Assembly (NCBI RefSeq): GCF_039654945.1
Contig: NW_027361751.1
Coordinates: 7,502,001-7,566,000, forward strand
Source of the DNA: Dendrobates tinctorius
Taxonomy: Eukaryota
Direction: 5' to 3'
Length of the DNA stretch: 64,000 bases
Part shown: positions 1 to 11,281 of the stretch, one piece after another
How the letters are laid out: every line of letters begins with the position of its first letter
Numbering within the stretch: position 1 is the stretch's first letter
The notes under the pieces: model-generated
Seen by the model: the letters and a program-made list of their open reading frames with translations, nothing else
The model's database searches: none
Told to the model about the DNA's origin: nothing
Program-made: the position numbers and the translations under genes

Positions 1-1090
1 CTTTGCCATGGCTGTGGTGTGTTCGCATTCCTTCTCTAGGGCCTCTATTTCTGCCCTTTTTTTTGCCTTTCTGTGCACTGCTTCGGCTGCCTCTATTTCC
101 ATTTCAGTTTTATTTAGAGCAAAGGCAGCTCGCATTTTCGTGGCCTCAGCTTCTGCACGTGCTCTTACGAGCTGTTCGCCTAGGGTTTAGGATTTTGAAG
201 AGCGTGACTTAGATCAGGGTTCCCCAACTCCAGTCCTCAAGGCCCACCAACAGATCATGTTTTCAGTATTTCCTTTGTATTGCACAGGTGATGCAATTAT
301 CACCTGAGCAATACTCAGGAAATCCTGAAAACATGACCTGTTGGTGGGTCTTGAGGACTGGAGTTGGGGAACCCTGACTTAGATGATCGCTTTGACTATC
401 TGGCTGAGCCAGAAATACAAGATGACATCTCGGCTATTAGCGCGATTCTTGCCTCTGTCTTGGCTTTTCTATCGCGCACTATGCTTTCTCTCTGAGAGTT
501 AAGTTGTTGGAAAGCTTGCAGCTCTTTGCAGGGAACTGACGGGTTAAGTCTCTGTAACACAGAGATGTACTGACCTGCTGTTTCTGCATACACTTGATAA
601 TCTGAACACAGTTGTGCAAGAGTTTCCTCTGGTGGTCGTTCGATAGAAGCAGGCTGAGACAGACTGTCTATGTGACTTAGCAGTTTTTGCCATAGCTCCG
701 CCATAGCATAGAGAAGATCATGTTTACTGGATTCTAGATTCTCCTTGACTTTCCATGTGGGCTTTGTGGGACGTCTAGCCTTCTCACTAGATAGTGGATC
801 AAGTTCTATGCACTCTTCCTCTAACAATGGGTCTGGCAGAGACCGTGTAGTCATTCCTTCAGCCATCTGATTCACATGGAGAAGGGGAGCTGTATAGTCT
901 CTTATATGCTGAGAGCGGATGCTCTGCAGGAAGTTCTGTAGCTTTATAGAAGCTGTGGGTGGCTTTACAGATGAATCTGGTGAGTCTTTTTTACTATTCT
1001 GTCCCCGGGGCCTGTGACTGCAAATATGGCTCGGTGAGATGCTGGATCTCTTCACCTTACTTACAATTGGCGACGGTCGCAGATAGCTTA
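1..1090 (-). mobile_element. Degenerate BEL/Pao-like LTR retrotransposon gag N-terminal region (runs off the left edge)
   Basis: ORF 396..1355 has RRPTKPTWKVKEN followed by a coiled-coil. After the MITE is removed it continues with an S/R-rich stretch and 'ARAEAEATKMRAAFA..EIEALEKE', as in the N-terminus of vertebrate BEL/Pao gag. Stops are present. Confidence 0.5.
215..376. mobile_element. hAT-type palindromic MITE (162 bp)
   Basis: Long TIRs CAGGGTTCCCCAACTCCAGTCCTCAAG...CTTGAGGACTGGAGTTGGGGAACCCTG; perfect 8-bp TSD ACTTAGAT (207-214, 377-384). Confidence 0.92.
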
Positions 1091-2349
1091 ACTCAGCTGC
1101 AGGCACACATGTTATGAAGAATCCAGAAGAGACCTTGATTTTTTTTAAGAATTCTTGTTGAATGCATACAAACAGGAGCAGGTAAAAAAGACTTTCTTCA
1201 GACAGGCTGAAAGCACATGTGCCTCTAATGAAGCCATGATGGAGACTGAGACACAGGGAGAAGAAGAAAGAAGTGACATCACACCTGAAGAGGGAGACAG
1301 GGAGACAGAAGGGACAAACTTCATGGAAAGGGAGGATTTCAGCTATGCATAACACTGGAATTCATAGCAACAATAAAAAAATATGAGTGACTGCAATACA
1401 GCATGTAAAATGTACAAGACAGTCTGTAAAATGTCTCATTCATGAGACATAGCAGAAGTGTTATAATAGAAGTGGCAGAGGATCACATTCGTTGAATTAC
1501 ATCTAACCTGCATGAGATTTTTTTTATTTTATTTTTTAAATAAATTGGTGAATGCGGGATAGTGTGAGGAGTCTTTATTCAAATAAAAAAACACTTTATG
1601 TGTGTATACTTTTATTTTTTATTATCGGGTTAGTAATGGGGGTGTCTGATAGACACCTCTCCAATACTAACCCCATGGCTTGATGGCAGTTATGATTTTT
1701 GACAAATCACAGCTGTCATCAACCCCAACTACCATAACCCTGATTGCCACTGGACCAGCGCAATCGGAAAAAATCAGGCAGAGCACCAGAATTGGCGCAT
1801 CTAATGGATGCACCAATCCTGGGGCAACTGTGGGCTTGTATTTTTAGGCTGGGATGGGCTCAATAACCATGGACCTTCCCAGTCTGATAATAAAAGCTCA
1901 CAGCTGTCTGATTTACCTTGGCTGGTTATCAAAAATAGGGGGGACCCAACATCATTTTTTAAAATTATTATCAGGGAGGAGGTAGTGTTTTTTTGTTTAT
2001 TTTTCTCTTTTTAATTTTGCCTTATATGCAAGTCATTATACAGGAAAGAATGTCTCTTAAAAATGTTTCCTGTAAAATCCATTTTATCTTCAGTTTTGTA
2101 TGTGACCTTGGAGTCAGAGATGCTTGCAGGTGTCTTCCCCATGCTGTTCCCATTCCATTTGAGAGCTGTTTCCATCCATTTTAGCTATTATCCTGCCTGC
2201 CAACTCTCCTGTTAGGGTCTTCTGGAAAGATGCTTGAGTTTCCCATTGATTTCCATTATATTCAGTAATTGAGTCAAGCCCATTTGAGCATCTGACCTGC
2301 TCGATTTGAGTACCAAGCACTTTAGCATTTTAGTGCTCAATCATCACTA

Positions 2350-2680
2350 GCATGGTTGTATTGACTCTCCTGTTATTGACCCAGATTGTATACCCATTCT
2401 GCCTGACCTCTACGCTCCTGACCCCAGCTACATATTCTGTTCCTGTACTGCCTGCCCCGGCCTCGGATTGTCTGATTACGTCTCTGCCTGTGCCTCCTGT
2501 ACCTCGTATCCCTGCCTTGACTCATTGGTCAGCTATTGCAGGTTCGTTAACCGGGAGTGGCACATGATTGCTACCCTAGGGTCCAAGCCTATCCTCACCA
2601 TCAGAAGACCAGTTAGTTTCTTAATCATGCCCCACTAGGATAAGCCCTGCAAGTGTTGAAGTGGCTCCACACCCACCAGC
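2350..2680 (+). mobile_element. Degenerate LTR-like remnant
   Basis: Similar to the reverse complement of 33040-33200 (gtggcac...gctacc...aagcct..cctcaccatcaga); termini not resolved. Confidence 0.3.
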
Positions 2681-3983
2681 TTCACTTGGGAAACTTATAT
2701 CTCTGTTAGAATGGAGTAGCATTGCATTTTTAAATGCTTGACCGCTGCCTTACTCATTCCCTATAGGGTTGTTGAGCACTGCTCTTTACTTTTTCCAACA
2801 GGTAGAGAATGAATGAAGTGAAAGTCGGACATCTGATTTGCCCCAACATTTTTTAATGGGGATTAAAGTTCCCCACCGAGGATAAAAATTCCTCAATTTG
2901 CCAATTAGTGCAGAGCCCAGCAATTGGACACCCGCTGATGAGCACGTTATCACCTATCCCTTGTGACATGACAACTTGTTTTACCCGGACAACCCTTTTA
3001 AAACCTACTAAAGGAGCATAGCAATAAAAAAAATTCAGTTCAATTTATTATTATTGCAAGATCCTTGTTCATTGGTCATTAAATCCAGAGTGTAGATTTT
3101 CCTTATGGTTTGCGTAATGGACCAGCAGATGAGACAGTGCTCCATGCTCATACTTTCTCCTGGTCACTCATTGCCACAATCTCTATGTTTCTGATACTGG
3201 GATCAGTTCACGTATGAACATATTTGCTCTTTATTGTGACTTTCAATAGACTTAAGAAGGTCAGAAAATAAAAACAGTTAATGCGATTTATCACAGGGCC
3301 ACATAGTGTATTTCATATCTCATCTGTCCCGTTCAGCTCCTCTCTAGCTGTGCGCAGTAATGATTGGAAATGTCAGAGGGAGTTATTTCGGTGGATAGTG
3401 GTGAGAGAATAAAGACCTAAACACCTCAGGCACCGAGCTGACGGTTTATATACTCATAGTACATTTAATGCAAACTGTGAAACAAAAGAAACATGGCACA
3501 TTCTCTCTGTATGCAGAGGATTTGTGCTTTAGAGAACATTATCCCCTAAAATTATACAATCAGTAAATAGATGTCCTTGCGTCGTCCTCTTCCCTTGAAT
3601 TTGCAATTCTATTTTGCATGTATTGCTATATTATTGCTTCCATTGAACTAGGGACCCACCTTTTCTAGACTCCTGAATGTTACTATTCAAGGCTTTGGTA
3701 CAGCTGTATGTTGATGACCTGTGTGCAATGAAAGCGGACACAGATGCGCCTAGAGCAGATCCCTTCTGTATCAAGAATCATTACGTAACATAGTTCATAT
3801 GTTTGAAGGAAGTTTTAAAGCAATTTGGCTTCATTAGTCACAGTGGTCAGCAACTGTCCAAAGCAATAGGAGAGAAAGTAATAAAACTGAAACATATACT
3901 CGCAAAAGCTTGGCCTACCAAGAGTTACTCTAGAGCTCCTTTAGATTTCTGGCAATGACTGCGAATTCATGGATATTTTAGAT

Positions 3984-4170
3984 TAGAGTTGAGCAAATTT
4001 GTTTGTGTCGCTGCTTATTCGGCAAGCTATAGCGCTTACCAATAAGCCACAGTAGGAACCTGGATACATGGAGAGCGCGCTCCATGTATCCAGGTTCCAG
4101 CTGTAGCTTATTCGGTAAGCGCTATAGCTTGCCGAATAAGCAGCGACACAAACAAATTCGCTCAACTCTA
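3984..4170. mobile_element. hAT-type fold-back MITE (187 bp)
   Basis: Near-perfect palindrome with TIR TAGAGTTGAGC(G/A)AA, shared with the large hATs ending at 48700 and starting at 57895. Flanks TTTTAGAT/TTTATGAT look like a degenerate 8-bp TSD. Confidence 0.85.
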
Positions 4171-5903
4171 TTTATGATCCATTTTGCACTCAGTGGGTCA
4201 CTCTCCGAAATTCTTAGAGATTATACTCTCTCAAAAACTTATCCTTTGGATAGGTGCTATAGATCTTCTTACCATTGTACTGCTGCCTCCTATTCAGGAT
4301 ACCAATAGTTCAGCTCTAAAACGATGAGGGATTAATCAGGAGGATTATTTTTTGTTTTATTTCATGGCATCTCTCCTTTTTCAGACACTTCTCACATCCC
4401 TTACATGCTGTTTGGTGGCTTCATCCACTTGGAAGCTCTAGGAATTTCAATGTGAATTGCAGTAGAAGTAAAGTTGAGCCATTTACTTCCTCACTGCTGA
4501 TGTCAAGTGCAGCAACAGATAAAGAGATTAAAAAAAAAATATGCAAAAATTTAATTACAAGCTGTTTTTGTGTTTGTAGAGTGAAATTGCTTCCTGAATA
4601 AAAGGTCTGTGATTGCAACAGCATCAGCAGGATTTCATGCATACAGTCTATGCTATATAAGAAAAACAAGAAAAAAGAATGAAAAAAAAAATATATGGGG
4701 GCAAATGAGATTACTTTTTGCAAAAATGATCCTTACAACAATATAAGAAATGGCAATGTGTATATAAGTAAATCAAAAAATAACATAATTGACAAACTTT
4801 GACTCTACCTTCTGATTTACTAATATTTGGACATTTGAATCTTTTTGTAAAAATCCTCTTCAACTATTACACTGATTCTTTAATTTCTTTGTTTTTCCAG
4901 CATCTTCTTTTCTCTGGATCAACATAATGGACATGTGTCTTTTACACCTATACTTGTTTTATAGATGGATAAAACAAAACAAATTGAATAATCAAATAGT
5001 GAAAAGAACTTGGATTTTTGTATGGTTTGTATAATGGCCTCCATTTGTAATGTAAGCCATGATGTTATTGTATGCTATGGGCAGGTATTTCAAGATAATA
5101 CTTTGCTATGATATTTTATGATTTAAGGAGCAAAAAAGTAGGTGATGCGGAAGAAGATACCGGTGGTATAAATGCGGCATGATAGATGGGGTGCACAAAG
5201 GCTTATTCTACACTGGGAGCAAAAAAATTCACTTTTTTGTCTGATCCAGCTATGACTCAAATATAATTATCTGGACAAGCATCAGATCAGTGAGAGCCTT
5301 GTCAGGGCATCAGTTTAGGCTTTTTAGCTTTCTGTAGTAAGGAATTTCATAGCAATGGAGAAAAGTCAATGAATCTCTTTTATTGAGATGTCAACAACAG
5401 GTAATTACAATATAAAGGTACAAGACAAACTGAAGCAAGTGGAGCAATGCATCACAATAATCACAATGTCACAATATTGAATTGTCAATATTGTGGAAAT
5501 AAATCTAACACTATGGAATCACGGCAGCAGTAAAGGGCATGTATAGGTGCAATTATGGAGTTCTCTCTTTTTAGCTCACAATCACTAGTATGAAACACAT
5601 ACTGTACCATGTCAGTAGCACATGTGTAAGGACAGCCACTGCTACGGGACCACCAGTTGTAGAAACATTGTTCCCCTATATCACCCAATTCCCCTCATGG
5701 CTGCTACATAGAGGAGGAAAAAAAAATCTTTGTAAAAATCTATGGCAATTTTGGAGAGTTACCGAGTCCTTTAAAGGGGGGTCATTCACCACCTTTAGTC
5801 TTCCATCTGTCAGGGTAGAACACAATATGCAAATCCTCCTTCCCTGGAGGAATATCTGGCTAGTCCCGTGTTTGAGACTCTTAAATGAGGCTCCACGGAC
5901 TTT

Positions 5904-5937
5904 ATTTGCATATTCGTATTTCCCAAGAAGCAATGCA
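5904..5937 (+). promoter_or_regulatory. Octamer (ATTTGCAT) plus adjacent SPH/Staf-like motif; snRNA-DSE-like element, repeated at 6300 and 6661
   Basis: Perfect octamers at 5904, 6300 and 6661, and an inverted one at 5827. The three forward copies are each followed by a TTCCCA....(G/A)CA(A/T)TGCA motif. Confidence 0.45.
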
Positions 5938-6062
5938 CCTACGATTTCACTGAGCGCCTTTGCGGCTGCCGCAGTGTTTTCTTTGACTGATCTCCCTGAG
6001 GTCAGTGATTGTTTCGTGATGTTGGTCTACTAGGCATTGCTCCCACCTAGCCAGAATCCTAC

Positions 6063-6106
6063 TCCACACTGATGAGGGGCAACACCCCAAAACAGCTGTC
6101 TGTGGA
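6063..6106 (+). ncRNA. Minimal type I hammerhead ribozyme, copy 1 (G12->A in the GAAA box)
   Basis: tccaca-CTGATGA-gggg caaca cccc-AAAAC-agct-GTC-tgtgga. Stem I tccaca/tgtgga, stem II gggg/cccc, palindromic stem III. Predicted cleavage after C6100. Confidence 0.8.
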
Positions 6107-6459
6107 TGGATACCTGGCCTTGGTATTTCCCTTGTCATATCTGTAAACTCGTAAAGAGTTGGATATTGACTTAAAGGGCCACTTAATATGGTGGTAATGG
6201 TGGCTTCCGAAAGGTGCCACTCCTTTGCTGGGTCCTTCCCTGGAGGAAGAACTGGCTAGTCCCGTGTTTGAGACTCTTAAATGAGGCTCCACGGACTTTA
6301 TTTGCATATTCGTATTTCCCAGGGAGCAATGCACCTACGATTTCACTGAGCGCCTTTGCCGGCTGCAGCAGTGTTTTCTTTGACTGGTCTCCCTAAGGTC
6401 AGTGATTGTTTTGTGATGCTGGTCTACTAGGCATTGCTCCCACCTAGCCAGAATCCTAC

Positions 6460-6502
6460 TCCACACTGGTGAGGGGCAACACCCGAAACAGCTGTCTGTC
6501 GA
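6460..6502 (+). ncRNA. Minimal type I hammerhead ribozyme, copy 2 (A6->G in the CUGAUGA box)
   Basis: tccaca-CTGGTGA-gggg caaca ccc-GAAAC-agct-GTC-tgtcga. Predicted cleavage after C6496, 396 nt after copy 1. Confidence 0.75.
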
Positions 6503-8369
6503 TGGATACCTGGCCTTGGTATTTCCCTTGTCATATCTGTAAACTCGTAAAGAGCTGGATATTGGTTTCCGAAAGGAGCCACTCCTTGGCTGGGTCCTTC
6601 CCTGGAGGAAGATCTGGCTAGTCCCGTGTTCGAGACTCTTAAATGAGGCTCCACGACTTTATTTGCATATTCGTATTTCCCAGGGAACATTGCACTTAGG
6701 ATTTCACTGATTGAGCGCCTTTGTTGGCTGCCGCAGTGTTTTCTTTGACTGGTCTCCCTGAGGTCAGTGATTGCTTCGTGATGAGGGTAGCACGATAGTG
6801 ATATCAGCATTCAGTCTGTTAGGTGCGTTTGTGTAGCAGTTGTGGAGAAACATACACCTTATGATATGTGCTATTCATAAGAAGGAGACCTCTCAATCCT
6901 GTCTGCGCTCTGGAGTCCATGGTAATCATGAGCTGCTGATTGACAGCTTTCTTCCTATGCACAGTAATAGCGAAAGAGCTGTCCATCATTACTGGTGAGT
7001 TGGGCTGGCCCTGCGGCTCACGAATTTCAAGAAAACACTGTATCTGATAAAGTGTAACAGATAAACATAATAGAAAGAAATCTGTGTGTCTGCCTCTACC
7101 TTAGAGAGGATAACATAAAGGTGGTGACAGATTCCCATTCATTTTTAACAGTATGCCACCTCTACTTCGCTGTTGAATTTTGGTATTTCTGAAGTGAACA
7201 GCCATCATGGGATTCCCATTTTCATAAGGTAGGGGTACAAGACATGACCTATGTGCAGTATACACTACCTACATAAATAGAGACTGTAGCAGCATTATTT
7301 TTATATGTATTTATGTATTTGTATATGTGTATTTTACGTATTAATAATAATCATATTTTTATGGCATTTTAGCTTGTCCTAGAGTCCTTCCTTCTGCAGT
7401 ATTGGTCTCTAGTTTATAAATACCACACACATTGCGGTTTAATATTTACTCAAACTAAGGAATTTTCCCAAAATACATAGAGAATGTGCCAGACAGTGTT
7501 CTAATTACACTTCTCTTCTGTACAGTGCCCTGGGTTTTCTATTAGCTCTATGGAGAAGTCAATAGATCGTCAGAGGGAAGGTATAACAGAACTGTACACA
7601 CACCTGGTGCTTGTGCCATAAGGGAAGGAAGTTATTGTGCCAAGCAAACAATGAAATAAAAGGCAGCTATCAGCGTACAATAAAGAGGTAACAGATCTAT
7701 GGAAACAGCGTAGATTACAGAAAATGATGTGTAATACATGTAAGCATTCACTATAACTGAACAGGATGAAGAGTATCAAGCCCTTTCTCTCCTGATCGTA
7801 CCCAAGGAGGGAAAGGCAGCACCAGGACCCATCAACAATGCACATTAGAGTATGTAAATGCCATGTATTGTTAGAGAATCTACTGTTAACGGGAATCTAT
7901 CACCCCCACCTGACAGCATAAAGTAAGCACAAAGTCTTGTAGGGGATATAACTCCTATACAAACCTCATCTTGAGGGCATATACATCGGACGAGTGCTAT
8001 TTGATGTTTTATCAGAGAGCACTCAAATCAATTTTATTGTATGGGGCAGAGAAGATCTGCGTCAATCGGATCACACACCCATTCAAGTCTATGGGTGCGT
8101 GTAACAGATTGGACTGCACTTGGATGTCCTCTGAGTACAGTTGTAAGGGGGTGAGATAGAATTACCTCCTTGCTTCCCTTCCTCTAATTTTTTTCAGTGT
8201 ATTGATGTTTACATGTGCTAATGTTGGTAATCCCCTATGTTAATATTTGTTGTACTGCTACATAGTAATATGTATTACCGCTCACATTTATGCTACTGCC
8301 ACATTCATACGTGTTACCATTGTTTGTAGAACTATGTATGTTATGTTGTGTTCCTTTAGTGTAATATTG

Positions 8370-10045
8370 TATATTATGTAATAATGTTTACTGATGCTCA
8401 TGTACAGGTTAGGGAAAGTGAAGTGTACCCTTCGGACAATAGAGGGGGGCATCATAGTGTTTGCAGTTCTTTATTACTAAGGGTAACTGTAGTATATGCG
8501 TGAACCACTAGATGGGGGCATACTAGTGTGCACTGTAGGTATAATTCGTAGTAAGTCTATAGAGGGTTAAGTGTAGGAGGGGCTGCTGGGTGGTAAGACA
8601 GGCATTTTTAGGAAGTTAGTTCAGATGGGCCAGGGTACCCAAGTGTCCACATGGGCTATAGGCCAAGGACGGCTTGGCAGCCATGCAACATTTAATAGCT
8701 TCAGCCCACATTATCCACGGCCACTGGATGTCATTGCAGTGGACCAGTACAGGAGAAGAAAGATGTGGCAACTCATAGCCTGGGCAGGAGATAATAATAA
8801 GTATAAAATAATAAATATATAAAATATATTTATATATAATATATATACTGTATATATATATATATAAAATAAAATATAATAAAAATAATAAAATTTAAAA
8901 TAATAATATAAGGAGTTGGCTGAAGTGAGGAGTTGAAGGAAGTTGGCGCTTCGACGGTATCGGTACAGACGGGTCGGATGCTTTACCAGAGGCAACCAAA
9001 CCGGGTGACTGATGATTTCAAGTCTGGAGCGAAGCAGGCAGAAGGAATTGTCATTATGGTGAGGTTAGACCAGGAAGTAACTGTGGAGCAGTCTAAAGGG
9101 CCTGTCACACTAAGCGATATCGCTAGCAATATCGCTATAACTTGTGACGTTATAGCGATATTGCTAGCGACATCGCTGTGTCTGATACTTACCTCCGACC
9201 GCTCCCCCGCTGGTTATCGCTGATCACGCGAGAACGTCCAGGACTGTTTCTCGTCATCAGCTTCCTGCGGCGCTTCCTGTGGAGAGACGAGCGACGAGCG
9301 TGGAGCCGGGCGGGAGGACGTCAGGATCGCCTAGTGTGACAGGTAAGTAGCGACCCCCGTCCCCAGCGATGTTGCTGGTGAGATCTGCCTGTGTGGCAGC
9401 TCACTAGTGACCACTTAGCGATGCACCAGCGATCCTGACTGCGTCATATCGCTGGTTGGGATCGCTGGTGCATCGCTAAGTGTGACAGTACTTTAAGACT
9501 GCACAGAAGCGTCAACAAAGCAGGGAGAGTTGAGGAAACAAGTGGATTCCATGATGTGCCAACTGTGGATGTAACATGTGAAATATTGGGTAAAGGGAAT
9601 GTTCAAGTTATCCTGGCCTGTGTCTCCATTACTGGGGGTCGCCTGGAAGAGGGACCATCGCCGCCTGGGAAGTGCCTGGGGGGACCTGAACCTGGAGATG
9701 CAGGTACGCTGAGAAGAGGAATACAGTGTCCTGTGAGGGAAGGTCGGGGCATAGATGCTTCAGTGTCTCTGGTCACAACTACAGTCCTGGCCTCCCCTTA
9801 CACAGTACTGTTTACGCAGACAGTGGAGAGGATGCAAAATTAAGTTCTCCGTATTCTCCGCACATGTGCTGTGATTCCATGACACGAGAGAATTGTATCA
9901 CAGTAAACTGACTCTGACAGAGTTTGCTCTGAGAGTCATCATCAATATTGATCCTTTTCTCTCAGAAGAGACAATCATCACTCGTGTGACCCCAGCCGTT
10001 CTTCAAAAATTGATGTTTATAGAGAGCTTGTCAGCACAATTTTAC
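8370..10045 (+). mobile_element. Degenerate LTR-like sequence, interrupted by a Harbinger MITE and an AT-rich stretch
   Basis: Composition and motifs (CCACTAGATGGGGGCA, GC-rich body) resemble amphibian Gypsy LTRs; ends not resolved. Confidence 0.3.
9097..9493. mobile_element. PIF/Harbinger-type MITE (CpG-rich AGCGAT/ATCGCT family)
   Basis: TIR AGGGCCTGTCACAC / GTGTGACAGTACTT; 3-bp TSD TAA; homologous to 28179-28324 and 39210-39604. Confidence 0.88.
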
Positions 10046-10049
10046 ATGT

Positions 10050-10443
10050 TAGGCCGGCATCACACTACGTTATAACACGGCCGAGTTCTATGTGATAAAA
10101 CAGCGTTAGGGCAGCTCAGATCTGCCATTATTTTCTAATGCCGATTCGGGATGAGAGAACAATAGCAGTGCAAAGTGATTGGCTGTGAGACTCGGCTCAT
10201 ACAAGTCTATGGGCCCGAGTGAAACATCGGACTGCAATCGGATGTCACCCCAGTGCAGTCCGATATACAGCGAGTCAGGCAATAGAGCAGATGGAGAAAT
10301 TACTTTGTCCATCTCCTCCGCAGCTGTCCTGCAATTCTCTCATGTGAGCGGATCAGAGCACAGAGGTGGAGCTGAGTGTCGTTAGCATATCACATCCTAT
10401 GCTCTCTCATCGTATGCCATATGCTAGTGTAAAGGTAAGGCAT
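10050..10443. mobile_element. Degenerate Harbinger-type MITE
   Basis: Starts tta-GGCCGGCATCACACTA and ends ...CTAGTGTAAAGG..GC-ataa; internal 'aagtctatggg' motif is shared with other MITE remnants in the window. Confidence 0.4.
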
Positions 10444-10449
10444 AATGGC

Positions 10450-11281
10450 TGTCATGATCCATGCGGGATCAGGACAGGTAAAAGCACAGGTAACCTTTTT
10501 TTTTCTCAAGCTGTGCTTAGAGATGTTTTTGCCCTCGGTGGCCATTTGGATTATTGCACTGTGGTGTCGTTTGTTCTAAGTTTGCCCCCGGTGGTGGTGA
10601 GCATCATTGCACTCTGTTTCTTTAGTTAAGTGCACATGTTTATAATGCAGGTCTGATTGCTGGCTCTGCTATAAAAGAGTCACAGGTGTTGCAATCAGCG
10701 TTGGTGATAGTACTCATTTCAACCATCCATGGTGGAGGAAGGAGCTGGAGAACATTCCTTGCAGCACTGTCTTAGCCCTGGTGTGGAAGGAGTCATAGGG
10801 GATTTCCTTGTAGCTCTAACAGAGCTTGGTGGCAGCGTTTCAGGAGGAGAGCTGCATTCTGGTGGTGGACTCTGTTGCCAGGAGCAAGTGCACAGAGTAA
10901 AGTTAAGTGGTGCATCCCTGTTTGTGTTTTTCCTTCGTGTGTATTACTACAGCGTTGGGGCCAGTGCCTGCACCACCCAGCTCCCTAGCAAGGGATAGGT
11001 GTAGGGTGTGCTAGGGCGACAGGTATCCTGAGCGGCGCCTGGTACGGAACCGGCATAGGGAACGTTAGGAGCATTAGGGACACTGACTGAGTGCAGGAGG
11101 TCTCCACATCCCCTTTCCCTATCGCAGGGCCCACCGTTGTAACTGTTTTCCCTCCCCTTGTCTTGTTGTTTACAGTTACCGGCCTGTGGGCCGTGTCACA
11201 CAGGACAGCTTTACGTGCCGCGTCGTGTTGTTTCAGTTACCGGCCTACGGGTCGCGTCACACAGGACGGGTCCACGTGACA
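10450..11281 (+). mobile_element. Solo LTR (Gypsy-like)
   Basis: TGTCA...TGACA termini; 5-bp TSD ATGGC/TTGGC; TATAAAA near 10670; homologous in reverse orientation to 16247-17305. Confidence 0.8.

Larger units (their letters stand above)
5835..6783 (+). repeat. ~396-bp tandem repeat (~2.5 units) carrying hammerhead ribozymes; non-LTR retrozyme/satellite-2-like
   Basis: Anchor CCCTGGAGGAA at 5842, 6238 and 6600 (the second unit has a ~34-bp deletion). Each full unit contains a hammerhead motif and ATTTGCAT. Confidence 0.8.

Noticed and set aside
1155-1352. Acidic 65-aa ORF as a host exon
   Set aside because: Low complexity, no recognisable domain or splice support, and adjacent to TE debris.
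4400-4540. Minus-strand exon candidate (polypyrimidine-CAG ... GTAAG)
   Set aside because: All three frames contain stops and there is no recognisable protein similarity. A non-coding exon cannot be excluded without RNA data.
5630-5690. A third hammerhead upstream of the 396-bp array (CTGCTAC...GAAACATTGTTC)
   Set aside because: There is no CUGANGA box and no convincing stem I or II.
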